This document shows, in pieces, positions 1 to 64,000 of a stretch of DNA of 64,000 bases. How positions within the stretch are numbered: the stretch's first letter is position 1; the number at the start of each line of letters is the position of its first letter. This stretch comes from Paraspadella gotoi. Its lineage: Eukaryota > Animalia > Chaetognatha. A program made the translations under genes and the position numbers. The notes under the pieces are model-generated. The model ran no database searches. It was not told the DNA's origin and worked only from the letters and a program-made list of their open reading frames with translations. The stretch is from NCBI GenBank assembly GCA_051294375.1, contig CM119269.1, forward strand, positions 19,270,460 through 19,334,459. Direction: 5' to 3'.

Positions 1-140
1 GAGATAGTCTTGATTGAAAACTTTCAGGGATCTGCTATGTTCTTATCCTTAAACCACCAAAGCCTGCCCAAAGTTAGGGGCAAGATAGCTTATTTATGAA
101 ATGAATGGATAATTTTTATATTGGTTGTAGCAATTTCATA
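1..140 (+). repeat. Dispersed repeat related to the Naiad 3' end (copy A)
   Basis: Shares AGTCTTGATTGAAA, CCTTAAACCACCAAAG, GTTAGGGGCAAGATAGC and TTGGTTGT..CAATTTC with 12480-12607 and 54840-55027. Confidence 0.8.
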
Positions 141-880
141 AAATCAGCTCCTTGTATTTTGATGCTTGATTCTGGAGTGAAAAAAAAAATCTAGGGTCAT
201 GCGAAAAAAAAAGGAAATGTCGTTATGAGAAGAAGCATCATGAGATTCTTATGGATTTATGCGTAGCGAAATTGCGTTTAACGAGAATGAGGGAGTGAAG
301 GAAAGAGGTGGGGGGAAAGGTTTCCCTAAATTCTATCTCTCTACTACTAAGCTACTAGGCTTCCTCTCCCCTTAATCCTTTATATTTCTATTTCTCCATC
401 TTGTGCCGTTCTTTTTTCTCCTAATACTTGTTATTCCCCTCCCATTACTTTACTACATTTCTTTCCTTTTNNNNNNNNNNNNNNNNNNNNNNNNNNNNNN
501 NNNNNNNNNNNNNNNNNNNNNNNNNNNNNNNNNNNNNNNNNNNNNNNNNNNNNNNNNNNNNNNNNNNNNNNNNNNNNNNNNNNNNNNNNNNNNNNNNNNN
601 NNNNNNNNNNNNNNNNNNNNNNNNNNNNNNNNNNNNNNNNNNNNNNNNNNNNNNNNNNNNNNNNNNNNNNNNNNNNNNNNNNNNNNNNNNNNNNNNNNNN
701 NNNNNNNNNNNNNNNNNNNNNNNNNNNNNNNNNNNNNNNNNNNNNNNNNNNNNNNNNNNNNNNNNNNNNNNNNNNNNNNNNNNNNNNNNNNNNNNNNNNN
801 NNNNNNNNNNNNNNNNNNNNNNNNNNNNNNNNNNNNNNNNNNNNNNNNNNNNNNNNNNNNNNNNNNNNNNNNNNNNNNNN

Positions 881-3109
881 ACGCTTACGAGGGGTATCAC
901 TACGGTGAATGCGCCTTTCCCGTCAGGTATGACGGTTGGAATAGCCTCTGCACTGAAAGGCTCAAGTTTGGCTTTTTACTCGGTTTTAACCAGGTCGCCA
1001 TGTCCCGCTCTTATTTGGTTTAATTAGTCTAGTTTTGGAGAGTTATTTAATTGAAAGAAATCAGTCTCAAGGACAATTGAAATTTTTTTTCCTCTCGCGT
1101 TTTAAATTTATTTCGGGTCAAACTGACTTCCGTTATAAAAACTATTGTAGAAGACGAAAATAGTAATAATAAAAGTGAGGAGAAGGTGAAGAATTGTGAC
1201 GATGTAAGAGAAGTAGAGAAGAAGTGAGACGAGCTCTCTCCTGATCTCTTTTACCAATTTTTTTCCTTTTTTTTTCCGCTGTCCATTATCTCTCGTATAC
1301 TTTTGATTTCCTTTCCCCCTCTTTCGCCACCATGTTCCCACTCTCACATTCCCCTCCCTCTTCGCCCCCCCCCCAGAGTGATGCGTCTCATGGGTGCCCG
1401 CAAATTGATCGTCACTCTCGCCTGCGGTGGACTCAACCAAGACTTTGAAGTCGGCGACTTCATGATCATCAAAGATCACATCTCATTTCCGGTCATGAGC
1501 GGGTTCAATCCCTTGAAAGGGCCCAACGACGAGAGATTCGGACCCAGGTCGGGCATCATTTGGGGTTCGGGTCAGGGGGTCACGAACGGAAGAGGTGCTA
1601 CGAGTCAAAGGAGGGGGTAATTCCTTTCCCAAACGAGGCTTTAACTACTTCATTAAGCAAGACGCTTGTCATGAAAATCTCGGAAAGGCGGTCGAGAAAA
1701 GTCGTCTGAGTTGTGAGAGAGAAAAAAATAAAAATGCAGGTAAAGAGAAAGAAGCATCGACCAGAAAAACTCGGTCGAGGTTCAAACGTGAGTGGGGGAA
1801 TGTTTGAGTGAAGGTGATTAGATTAACCTGTATTTTTTGTTGCCTTGCTCTCGAGTTCTCCTCTAATACGTATTTACCGCTTTTCCCCACCTTTTTTCTT
1901 CAACTTTTTTGTTATTCTCTATTTTTTTCATTATCTTTGTTTACCTTTTTGTCTGTTTATTTTTTTTCTTTCTTTCTCTCCTTTTTCTTATTTTTTTCCT
2001 TTTTTTTATTCTTTCTTTCTTTCTTTCTTTCTTTCTTTTTTTTTTCTTTTTCCTTTCTTTTTTACTTTCTTTTCTTTTCGTTTCTTTCTTTCTTTCTTTA
2101 CTTGTCTTTCTTTTCCTTCTTTCTTTCTTTTCTTTTCTTTTAATATATTATATATATTCTTCTTTCTCTCTCTTTTCTTTCTCTCTCTCTTTAGTCTTTC
2201 TTCTCTCTCGCATATCTTTTCTTTCTCTCTCGTCTTTCTTTCTCTTCTTTACTTTCTCTCTCACATCTTTCTCTCTTCTCTTTCTCTCCTCTTCAGATTC
2301 GTAGCCTTAACACGCCCTAACGACTGTGCCCTTCGCAACACGCGCTTGCGTCGGCGTCGCGTCTTCACTTCCGGTCGCCACGCCCACTAAACGACTCGCC
2401 GCGATCGACGTTCGTCCACGAGGGGGTCCTCGTCCAGGCGTCGGGCCCGAGTTTTGAGACGCCGTCTGAGTGTTCCTTTTACCGGAACATCGGTGCGGGG
2501 GTGGGGAACGCTGGGGTTCCTTCTGCATGTAATATTTATTAATTAGAAGCTTATTTATTTTAAAGGGAAAAAAAAACTTATTTGATTTGATTCATATTTT
2601 TAAAAAGATGAATTGACGTTTGTAATAATACTTTTCGTTTAATAATGTGTTTTGTAAATTTGTATTTTTATTAATTTTTAATAGGAGCCTCCGAATTGGT
2701 TTCATTTTCGATTGTTTCTCGGGTTTTGTTAGTAAAAGCATAACAAATTTAAAGTGAATTTCCTATGGTGCCCCGTTTCGAGCATTTTTTGGTTTTCGAC
2801 AGGCGGTGACGCGATCGGAATGAGCAACTGTCACGAGGTCATCGTCGCTCGTCACGCGGGAATGAAAGTTCTTTCCATCGCATTCATCACGAATAAGGTA
2901 AGGCAGTCTGGCGAGTCTCAGAATTGCTAATAATGATATGAGCCATTTAAAAATGACAAATTTGGTGAACTTGTTTTCAACTTGTTTTCAAGGCGGTGTT
3001 GGACGTAGACGACGACAAAGTGACGAATCACGAAGAAGTTTTGGAGGCAGGAAAAAACAGCGGTGAAAATTTGGCGAAACTTATTTTGGATATTGTTAGA
3101 TCGTTGTGA
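881..3109 (+). CDS. PNP: Purine nucleoside phosphorylase (trimeric PNP); 5 visible exons, 5' part in or before the N-gap
   Basis: GT-AG exons 881-926 ([15 protein letters not shown]), 1377-1547 ([37 protein letters not shown]), 2297-2492 (contains GPSFETPSE; net frameshift), 2803-2897 ([31 protein letters not shown]), 2993-3109 (..NHEEVLEAG..stop TGA). Motifs are colinear with mammalian PNP. Confidence 0.93.
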
Positions 3110-3660
3110 TAGCAAAAACTAAAAAAGCATTGAGAGGAATCAAATATCAGGCATGGAACTAAACATAGCTTTAAATGGGCATCAGCCATTGTTTTTTCTT
3201 TTTTCTTTTAGCTGTTAGGATCTCTTATCTAAATTGTTTTTATGTATGCTCTAATGAATATACTATTCCCCAATTTCTTTTTTTTGGGGGGGTATCAAAA
3301 ATGGAAAGGTTGTGAAGGCAACAAGTTCAAAAAGTCGGGGTAACAAGTTTAGGAAATAAATGAATTTCTAAATAATATAATTTGAAACTATAAAAAAGAC
3401 AACATTTAAATATGTTAACACAAAGAACAATATACTCCGGTATATAAGGGTTTAACAAACATTCTTTGATCAGACTGATTATGTAAAAAATAACAAAGTG
3501 AGGTACAATAAAAAAAATATCATCAGCTGGCCAAATGTTTAAGAAAAAAAAGTCGTTCGGTCGTAAAAATCTGCCAGTAAATATTTTTAAAAGAAATATT
3601 CAAAAATTAAGATCACTCAGATATTAGACGAATCTAGTTTTTGTCCCGATTTGTAGTGCC

Positions 3661-5917
3661 TTATCTTAAAATAAAGTAATAAATATAAGAAGAGAGCGCA
3701 AAAAAAAGAACCGAAGTTGACGTAGAAAACCGTGGAAAATACCCCAGTAACGTCGGAGAGCCAACCTGTATGAATCGTAATATGTGAGTTTTACATTGTA
3801 AATTATCCGTTATAATAACTGGTAATTAAAAACTTATAATATATGTAGTCATATTAATTTTAGCTTCAATAATGCCGACTAGTATCGAATATGCAAAAAT
3901 AAATTTTGCCCTTTGGATATCTATTTACCTGCAAAGGGAGGTAGTAGTAGGAAACCAAATCCTCCAAAGAAAAGATAGAACCCGGAGTAAGCCATGAACT
4001 TTTCTTTGCCGAGCAGATCGTAAGCGACAGTCCAATACAGTCCCACCTTTAAGAATATTATTCATACAGTATTTTTGTAATGTGTTGTTACTTCAGAAAA
4101 AAGAGGGAAAAATAGTTTGCTTTAAAAAATATGGACAAAAAAATTAGCCAGTTCTCTTTATAATTCAAAATTCTACAAGAAAGTACAGTATATTGCTTTT
4201 TAAGAAGGTTACTTATATATATTTACAACTGGTCTTAGGCATTGAAAATGTCATTTAAATAACCTAAATTTCAACCGCAATCTTTTCTAAAACCACACTA
4301 GTGTGCCATAAAAAAATATACTCACTGAACAACCATTAAAAATACCGACGAAACCGGTGACAACGAACAGAGAGAAGGCAGATGAAGTGAACGGGAAAAG
4401 AGCCACTGAGGGAAAAAGAAGCGATAAGAATGACAACAATATGACTTTAATCAAATCCGTGCCGCCGAAACCCACGGCTACCTGTGGTCATGTACGAGCA
4501 AAGTAGCACGGGGAAAATCTTGGTTCTGTGGGGAGAGACGGGTTGCAAATTGCAGAGGAAACCAACAGAAATGCAGCCAACGAAGTCGCAGAGAGAAAGT
4601 GTGGACATTAAAGATGCCGCCTGCACCTCCGACAGCCCTTTGAATTGATAGCCGTATGGAATCAGGTAGACCTGTTAAAATGAAAGGATAAAATTTGTCG
4701 CAAATTTCTTTAAAATTATTTTTAATTATTATTTATTATTATTTATCATTGTATATTTTCTTTCTTTTCGTTGCGTTTGAGAATAGAAGAGAAAGGTGTT
4801 TTTAATGTTTACAAACAACGAATTTTATTTACAAAAATGAACATGTTTTGGCTTTGATATCAAGCGTTCTTTAACGCAAAACAGAGTCCTAATCATTAGT
4901 TATCGAATTGTTCCAGAATCATAAAATGGACAAAATAAGAATTTCTTTTATTTTACTTACAACGAACCAAGTTTTTTCTAAGTAATGGATATTTAAATGA
5001 GTCGATTCAAGTTAAATACTTGCATAACTTTCAACAATGATCAATTGTTAAATCTCGGCTCCACCTGATAAAGGATGCAACTGCCAAAGACCCAACTCGA
5101 GAAGGTCATCCAAACGATCGTGTCCACGTTCTCCTTCGTCCAACGCAACGCATTCTCCGTTTTTCGCCATAAGAATCGACGGCTCTTTTCGAGCTCAGTA
5201 GAATCTCTCGTTTTTGAGTCTCTCTCCTCCAGTTCATCACCGGGTCTCGGCGGCGCTGGAATCAAGAGGCGCTCTTTGACCGCATCGTTTTTCTTATCGT
5301 CATCGTTGACCTTGGAAACGAGAAGAGTTGGAATATCGGCGATTCCATTAGCCCTTTGGTCACGTGATTTTAATTCGTCTCGTGATTCCCCGTCGTAGGA
5401 GTTCTTCGTGTTTCCGTTGAGAAACTCGCTCATTCTCACGTGACTGTCGGGAGTCTTTGTGCAATGTTGGTCCGCGTTAGGCAGCGTGACGTAACCGACG
5501 CCGGCGTTTGCTTCGCTAAGACTCCTTCCGAAAGCGACTCGAAACGTGTTCAGCCCTCCCTTCGTTTGCGCGTCAATAATGTCGCCGCAATATCCTGTAA
5601 CGTTGTCGTTCTCTGACTTTGAGATACCGCGGCGTCCATAGATGGCGCCGCTTTGACCGACAATGTCGCCGCGACAACCAAAGCTCACGGAACCGGAAAA
5701 GAGCGAGAGAGTTGAGGCGTTTAGCGCCGCCTCTTTCGCCAAAACCGGCGCCAAAGTCGGCGCGGCGTCGGCTCCCTCAACGAGCATGTCGTCTTCAGGG
5801 CAATCGCCGTCGTCGGCCGGCATGTCTCCGCGATGATCCTCTTTTTCTTCCTCCAAATCTTTGCGGCGAAGAAAAAAGGAGGAGATAATCATGTTGAGAT
5901 AGATGCCTGTCACCGGG

Positions 5918-6006
<89 letters not shown>

Positions 6007-7556
6007 GGGGAAAGCAAGGTGTTACTAAAGATGAACTACAAAATGAAATGGAGGGTGAAAACTAAAAAAAAAATAAAATAGAGACTGTGGTGAATCATAA
6101 ATTCACCCAAGGCATCACACATGTCCCCCCGTTGCCATTAGACTTCACTTATTAGAAACATGATAGAATTTAAGATTCATCGAGAGGTCATGAGGCAAAG
6201 GTCATCAAAAGACTATGATTCGTCTTTCTGATTAAGGGAGTTATTTTTAAAGTCACAAGATACGAAGCGGTATTTTGCTCATCCTTTCCAAGGAAAACAA
6301 ATTTAAAATTAGGAAATAATAATATATAAAGTAACCAAAATGAAACTGAGCGTACTAACCGGCGTAGATGAGCACCGTTCCTCTCCACCGGAACTCTTCT
6401 CGAAGATACTGCAGCCCCAGCGGCGACACGATGGCGCCGAGAGCGCGTCCGGCCGTCGAGACGGCGTTGGAGAAAGAGCGCCGGTTGTCAGGGACGCAAG
6501 CAGAGAGGCACAACACTCCTGCGAAAGAGAATAGAAGATGAGAGAAGAGAAAAAAAGATAACTTTCAGCAACTTGATGATTTTCAATAGAAATCTATATA
6601 AGGTTACCCCTGTTCATTTGAAGATACATCCGTCTTCCAGTTCGGGATGGATGCAATTCTTCATTTAATTTCATTTTAATGGCATGAGATCGAGTTGTTA
6701 ACTTCTTATCCAACTCATCATCTTCATTTTTTTTTTAAATCAGAAATCGAACTTCATTTTGATTTTATTTTAACAACCAAAAATTATTCATTCAATAAGT
6801 AGGCTATCTAAACTCATATTTTGGACGACTATTGTGGATTAAGGCCTGAATGATCCAGCCTTCTAACAAGATAATCACATAGCAGGACCCTGCAATAAAC
6901 AAACCGTCGACCCCCTTAGTTCGGGGAAAACTATTGTTCTCCGCGCTTGCGTCAAAGGACAAGGTTGATTGTTATTGAAATTGATATCTTCATTCATAAA
7001 GAGAGACGGACAGACAAAGAGACAAACGAATAACGAACCCGTGGGATAGACGGATGCCGCACCGAGGCAGGAGAGGAAAGCGCCGAAGAAAACTAGCGCG
7101 CCGAAATCGGCGACGAAACCGGCGACGATAAGCGACGACGCCGCAACGACGGCACTCACGGCGACGATGAGGCGTGACGAGACGCCGCGCGACATCAAGA
7201 GGCTGCAGACGGGGCTCCCTAAGTAGATCGTCGAGATGGCGACGGTCTGGGGGGTGAGAAGATTTTGGAATTAAATTAACTTCATTTGAACGAAAATAAA
7301 TTTTTTATAAAAGCGATTCGTATGGACTATTTATTGATTTATTGATTTGCCTTCATTAAATGCTCACTTGAAATAGGCTTGTCTTTGCCTTCGACAGTTC
7401 AAACTCTTGCTGCCAGGACGAGAAGAAGATTCCAGCGCTTTTTCCGAATCCGCCGACTATGGCCGTGTTGATGAAATTAAAGAAAGTGATCACTTGCCAG
7501 TTCGTGGGGAGGCCATGGCCGGTGCCAGAGCCGAGACCAGGGCTGAGGTCTGACAT
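3661..7556 (-). CDS. MFS monocarboxylate transporter (SLC16/MCT family), 8 exons
   Basis: Phase-compatible GT-AG exons 7556-7368, 7246-7039, 6518-6360, 5906-5065 (large central loop), 4671-4482, 4405-4326, 4046-3929, 3765-3661. Motifs: GFGKSAGIFFSSWQQEF, RRSFSNAVSTAG, YLREEFRWRGTVLIYAGIYLN, DLLGKEKF, PPFAGWLSDVTG. The last exon may contain indel errors. Confidence 0.88.
6768..6900 (-). repeat. Dispersed Naiad-3'-like repeat copy in MCT intron 2
   Basis: Reverse complement reads TTGCAGGGTCCTGCTATGTGATTATCTTG..AGGCCTTAATCCAC..TTGGTTGT. Confidence 0.7.
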
Positions 7557-8570
7557 TTGCTGAGAAAATAATTTTTAATCTGAAAATTATTAATATTACG
7601 AATTAAACCATTTTTGGTTAGCAATTTAAATTTATGGCATTTAGGAATTGGGTATTCTCTTATAGATTTTGTCTTGTCTTAAAACCGGTTCTGTTTGAAA
7701 AAATTTCTGAACGTTGAATGCGTATGGTTTCATTGTGAAGTTTTCGTGGTTTTAACAGCTCTATTTACAAAATTCGTCAAATTGAAATTATTCTGAAACT
7801 ACCAAAGCGCCGCGGCTAATTTTTAAATGTTCTTTTTTAATTAAATTAGCAGACTAATTTGAATCACTCCTTAAATTGTGACCGAAGTAACTAGAGTTAC
7901 AAAAGTGGTACATTCAAATCAAAAACTCGTTGTTTCGTGTCAGAATAATCATGACAAGGAGACTCATAATTTATTATAATTTGACTGGGCACGAAACTCA
8001 TCTCGCAACAACCTTAACTTGATCAGCGGTTTTTCTCCGCGATATTTTAAAAAACCCAACTGTTGCGTGTTTGATCTAAAACTCCCCAACCCTTAAAAAA
8101 AAAAGAAATAGGAAGAAAAATGTTGGCAAAAGTTAAAGATTTGTCTTTTTTTTTCAAAGTCATCGATAATTTTTTGGATGAGAAGGACTTTTTGTTGCGT
8201 CATACGGAGACAAATGACAACGACGATGACAACGACGATAACATTGGCAAAATTTTTGAGAGGAGAAAATCGATGAGGCTTCAAAGAAAAAGTTGAATTG
8301 ACCCGTTGCCTTTGGCTCGTTGCAGAGACGGATTGAAAAGGCGATGACGACAACGTAGCAGACGACAAAAATGTCAATGCTTGTGCTCTGCGCCGGTCTG
8401 TCCTTTTCGTCGCGCACCTCGTACCCGTTAGCCGTCTCGTGCCAGAGTTGTCGTCATCGTCGTCGTTCTCGTCGTAAGAGTGAACAAATTTTTTTAGAAA
8501 GAAATGTTTCCAGAACAGATTTTGATGATTCAGAAAAAATAAATATAGGGAAAAAAAAGAGAAGAAAGAA

Positions 8571-8654
<84 letters not shown>

Positions 8655-8689
8655 GAATCGAGCGACTGAAATCGATTCAAATTCAATCT

Positions 8690-8755
<66 letters not shown>

Positions 8756-10728
8756 AAGAAAGAAAAAAAAGAGAGAAAGAAAGAAGAGAGACATGTCTTT
8801 GACGTTCGTTTCTTTTCTATATTTACGATCGCGACTCTGATCTTCCGGAAAAGCCATCATTTGCATTTAAATGTTCGATTGATCCGTCCCTCTGAAAATG
8901 GATTGAGAGACAAAGAGAGAGAGAGAGAGAGAGAAAACTAATCGAATAGAATTGAGATGATACAAAAACAGAAAAGAAGTTGAATACAGCGAGAAAAAAA
9001 AATAGAGAGATGGATTAAGCCTGATGATCCAGCCTTCTAACAAGATAATCACATAGCAGGACCCTGCAATAAACAAACCGTCGACCCCCTTAGTTCGGGG
9101 AAAACTATTGTTCTCCGCGCTTGCGTCAAAGGACAAGGTTGATTGTTATTGGAAATTGATATCTTCATTCATAAAGAGAGACGGACAGACAAAGAGACAA
9201 ACGAATAACGAACCCGTGGGATAGACGGATGCCGCACCGAGGCAGGAGAGGAAAGCGCCGAAGAAAACTAGCGCGCCGAAATCGGCGACGAAAACCGGCG
9301 ACGATAAGCGACGACGCCGCAACGACGGCCTCACGGCGACGATGAGGCGTGACGAGACGCCGCGCGACATCAAGAGGCTGCAGACGGGGCTCCTAAGTAG
9401 ATCGTCGAGATGGCGACGGTCTGGGGGTGGAGAAGATTTTGGAATTAAATTAACTTCATTTGAACGAAAATAAATTTTTTATAAAAGCGATTCGTATGGA
9501 CTATTTATTGATTTATGATTTGCCTTCATTAAATGCTCACTTGAAATAGGCTTGTCTTGCCTTCGACAGTTCAAACTCTTGCTGCCAGGACGAGAAGAGG
9601 ATTCCAGCGCTTTTTCCGAATCCGCCGACTATGGCCGTGTTGATGAAATTAAAGAAAGTGATCACTTGCCAGTTCGTGGGGAGGCCATGGCCGGTGCCAG
9701 AGCCGAGACCAGGGCTGAGGTCTGACATTTGCTGAGAAAATAATTTTAATCTGAAAATTATTAATTATTACGAATTAAACCATTTTTGGTTAGCAATTTA
9801 AATTTATGGCATTTAGGAATTGGGTATTCTCTTATAGATTTTGTCTTGTCTTAAAACCGGTTCTGTTTGAAAAAATTTCTGAACGTTGAATGCGTATGGT
9901 TTCATTGTGAAGTTTTCGTGGTTTTAAAGCTCTATTTACAAAATTCGTCAAATTGAAATTATTCTGAAACTACCAAAGCGCCGCGGCTAATTTTTAAATG
10001 TTCTTTTTTAATTAAATTAGCAGACTAATTTGAATCACTCCTTAAATGTGACCGAAGTAACTAGGTTACAAAAGTGGTACATTCAAATCAAAAACTCGTT
10101 GTTTCGGTGTCAGAATAATCATGACAAGGAGACTCATAATTTATTATAATTGACTGGGCACGAAACTCATCTCGCAACAACCTTAACTTGATCAGCGGGT
10201 TTTTCTCCGCGATATTTTAAAAAACCCAACTGTTGCGTGTTTGATCTAAAACTCCCCAACCCTTAAAAAAAAAAAGAAATAGGAAGAAAAATGTTGGCAA
10301 AAGTTAAAGATTTGTCTTTTTTTTTCAAAGTCATCGATAATTTTTTGGATGAGAAGGACTTTTTGTTGCGTCATACGGAGACAAATGACAACGACGATGA
10401 CAACGACGATAACATTGGCAAAATTTTTGAGAGGAGAAAATCGATGAGGCTTCAAAGAAAAAGTTGAATTGACCCGTTGCCTTTGGCTCGTTGCAGAGAC
10501 GGATTGAAAAGGCGATGACGACAACGTAGCAGACGACAAAAATGTCAATGCTTGTGCTCTGCGCCGGTCTGTCCTTTTCGTCGCGCACCTCGTACCCGTT
10601 AGCCGTCTCGTGCCAGAGTTGTCGTCATCGTCGTCGTTCTCGTCGTAAGAGATGAACAAATTTTTTTTAGAAAGAAATGTTTCCAGAACAGATTTTGATG
10701 ATTCAGAAAAAATAAATATAGGGAAAAA

Positions 10729-10827
<99 letters not shown>

Positions 10828-10859
10828 TCGAGCGACTGAAATCGATTCAAATTCAATCT

Positions 10860-10924
<65 letters not shown>

Positions 10925-11072
10925 AAGAAAGAAAAAAAAGAGAGAAAGAAAGAAGAGAGACATGTCTTTGACGTTCGTTTCTTTTCTATATTTACGATCG
11001 CGACTCTGATCTTCCGGAAAAGCCATCATTTGCATTTAAATGTTCGATTGATCCGTCCTCTGAAAATGGATT

Positions 11073-11144
<72 letters not shown>

Positions 11145-11210
11145 CTAATCGAATAGAATGAGATGATACAAAAACAGAAAAGAAGTTGAATACAGCGAGA
11201 AAAAAAAATA
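6835..11210. repeat. Near-identical tandem duplication, unit about 2.17 kb, carrying MCT exons 1-2 and upstream DNA
   Basis: About 6835-9010 is repeated at about 9011-11210. MCT ATG at 7556 and 9728 (offset 2172). Copies differ mainly by 1-nt indels. Confidence 0.92.
9212..9728 (-). pseudogene. Frameshifted second copy of MCT exons 1-2 (pseudo-exons or assembly duplicate)
   Basis: Same MSDLSPGLGSG... start. Indels shift the frame in exon 1 (KARQAYFK instead of KAKTSLFQ) and in exon 2. Confidence 0.6.
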
Positions 11211-11365
11211 GAGAGAGATGAGAGAGAGAGAGAGTGAGAGAGAGAGAAAGAGAGAAAGAGAGAGAGAGAAACCTAATAGAATAGAATTGAGATGATACAA
11301 AAACAGAAAGAAATTGAATACAGCAAAAAAAAAACAGAGANNNNNNNNNNNNNNNNNNNNNNNNN

Positions 11366-11398
<33 letters not shown>

Positions 11399-11570
11399 AG
11401 TGAAAGAGAGAGATTTTGATCTAGATCACACTATAGAACATCGGAGAATGAATAAAACTTTTCCCCGAGGCGGAACTAAATCGAAATCTCGGTGAATAAA
11501 AGGTGCGCCAATTCTATTGAGTCATCGGGATGGAAACAGGAGGTAGCGACATTTGGTCCGTTGAGCCGTA

Positions 11571-11662
11571 GGTCGGTCGGTCGGTTAATAGGTCGGTCGG
11601 TCGGTTAATAGGTCGTTCGGTCGGTCGGTTAATTAGTTGGTCGGACGATCGGTCGATCGGTC
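11571..11662. repeat. (GGTC)n / GGTCGGTCGGTCGGTTAATA minisatellite
   Basis: Direct tandem copies are visible. Confidence 0.8.
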
Positions 11663-11722
11663 CAATTTTTTGACCTCCACCCTTTAACTCTCTACTATCC
11701 ACCCTTCTTTTCCTTATTACAG

Positions 11723-63189
<51,467 letters not shown>

Positions 63190-64000
63190 GTAAGTATTGA
63201 TTTTTTTATAATAAGGAAGTGAGGCGACTTACCACTGGTCTCTCTCTCCCTAAAAATTTTTGGTGGGAGATACAAGTGAGGTTTTTTTATTTTTTTAATG
63301 GCAGTCCAAATGAGATTAACACACACAAAAAAATTAGTTGTCATACCAAAATTTTTTTTATATACTTCATCTATCTCTTCAAAATTTAAAAAAGAATGTC
63401 ATATTAAGAAAAAGGATCATTCAATTCAACTTTAGAATAGGCCAAAATGGCCAAAATGGCGATTCCGAAAATGTATTCACTTTAAACATTTGATGCATTC
63501 TACCCCATTTTATATCGGTTTTAATTATAATATAAAATAAAAGAAACCTATCTGAAGAGTTGCAGGTCAAACGAAAAGGCCAATCCATCTGATATTTTTT
63601 ATGAATTTTTTATTACTGAATTAGAAAAATGTAATAGAGAGACATTTTTAAATTTCAACTTGTATCCTTGAAAATGAAATGTTTTTAAACTTTAAACTTG
63701 AATTCTTCCTAACTGGAACGCGTTTATCAAAATGTCTCTCTATTACATTTTTACAAATGTTCTTAAGATTGCTAATCAAATTTTTAATTCAATATTATTG
63801 CAGTCGTTTAGGCTGCAACTCTTCAAATTCAGTGTAGATTCATTGTAGCTCGAATTTCTTTACCATCTATTTAACTGAAGATTTTGTTCTTGACTGGAAA
63901 ACCAACAGAGTAACGAGATTAATTGTTTAATTCTTCCCTTTTAAACTAACCCATACCGTGTTTTAACTTCTTACCTAGAATTTTTTAACAAACATTGAAA

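Overview
AT-rich, intron-containing eukaryotic (probably invertebrate) DNA with many (GA)n, (AAT)n and (GGAAA)n microsatellites and three N-gaps. Most entries in the ORF track are microsatellite artefacts. The backbone is a very large + strand gene made of Cys-rich CPxGxYCP repeats (Ephrin_rec_like/GCC2-GCC3 type): 21 in-phase exons can be traced from 11723 to 63189 and it is open at both ends. One apparent intron of 36.7 kb (17480-54146) holds several minus-strand genes: a TLC-domain (TLCD4/TMEM56-like) gene and several poorly identifiable ones. Upstream lie a purine nucleoside phosphorylase and an SLC16/MCT transporter whose 5' part is tandemly duplicated. Mobile elements are a Naiad-type Penelope-like element (GIY-YIG before RT) interrupted by a MITE, a family of short repeats matching the Naiad 3' end with a co-varying stem, an RTE-derived bipartite element, a decayed Gypsy-like LTR element, Helentron-like repeats and a tRNA-derived SINE. 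Many single-base frameshifts look like uncorrected long-read errors, so pseudogene calls are unsafe. All family assignments come from motif recognition by eye, not from database searches.
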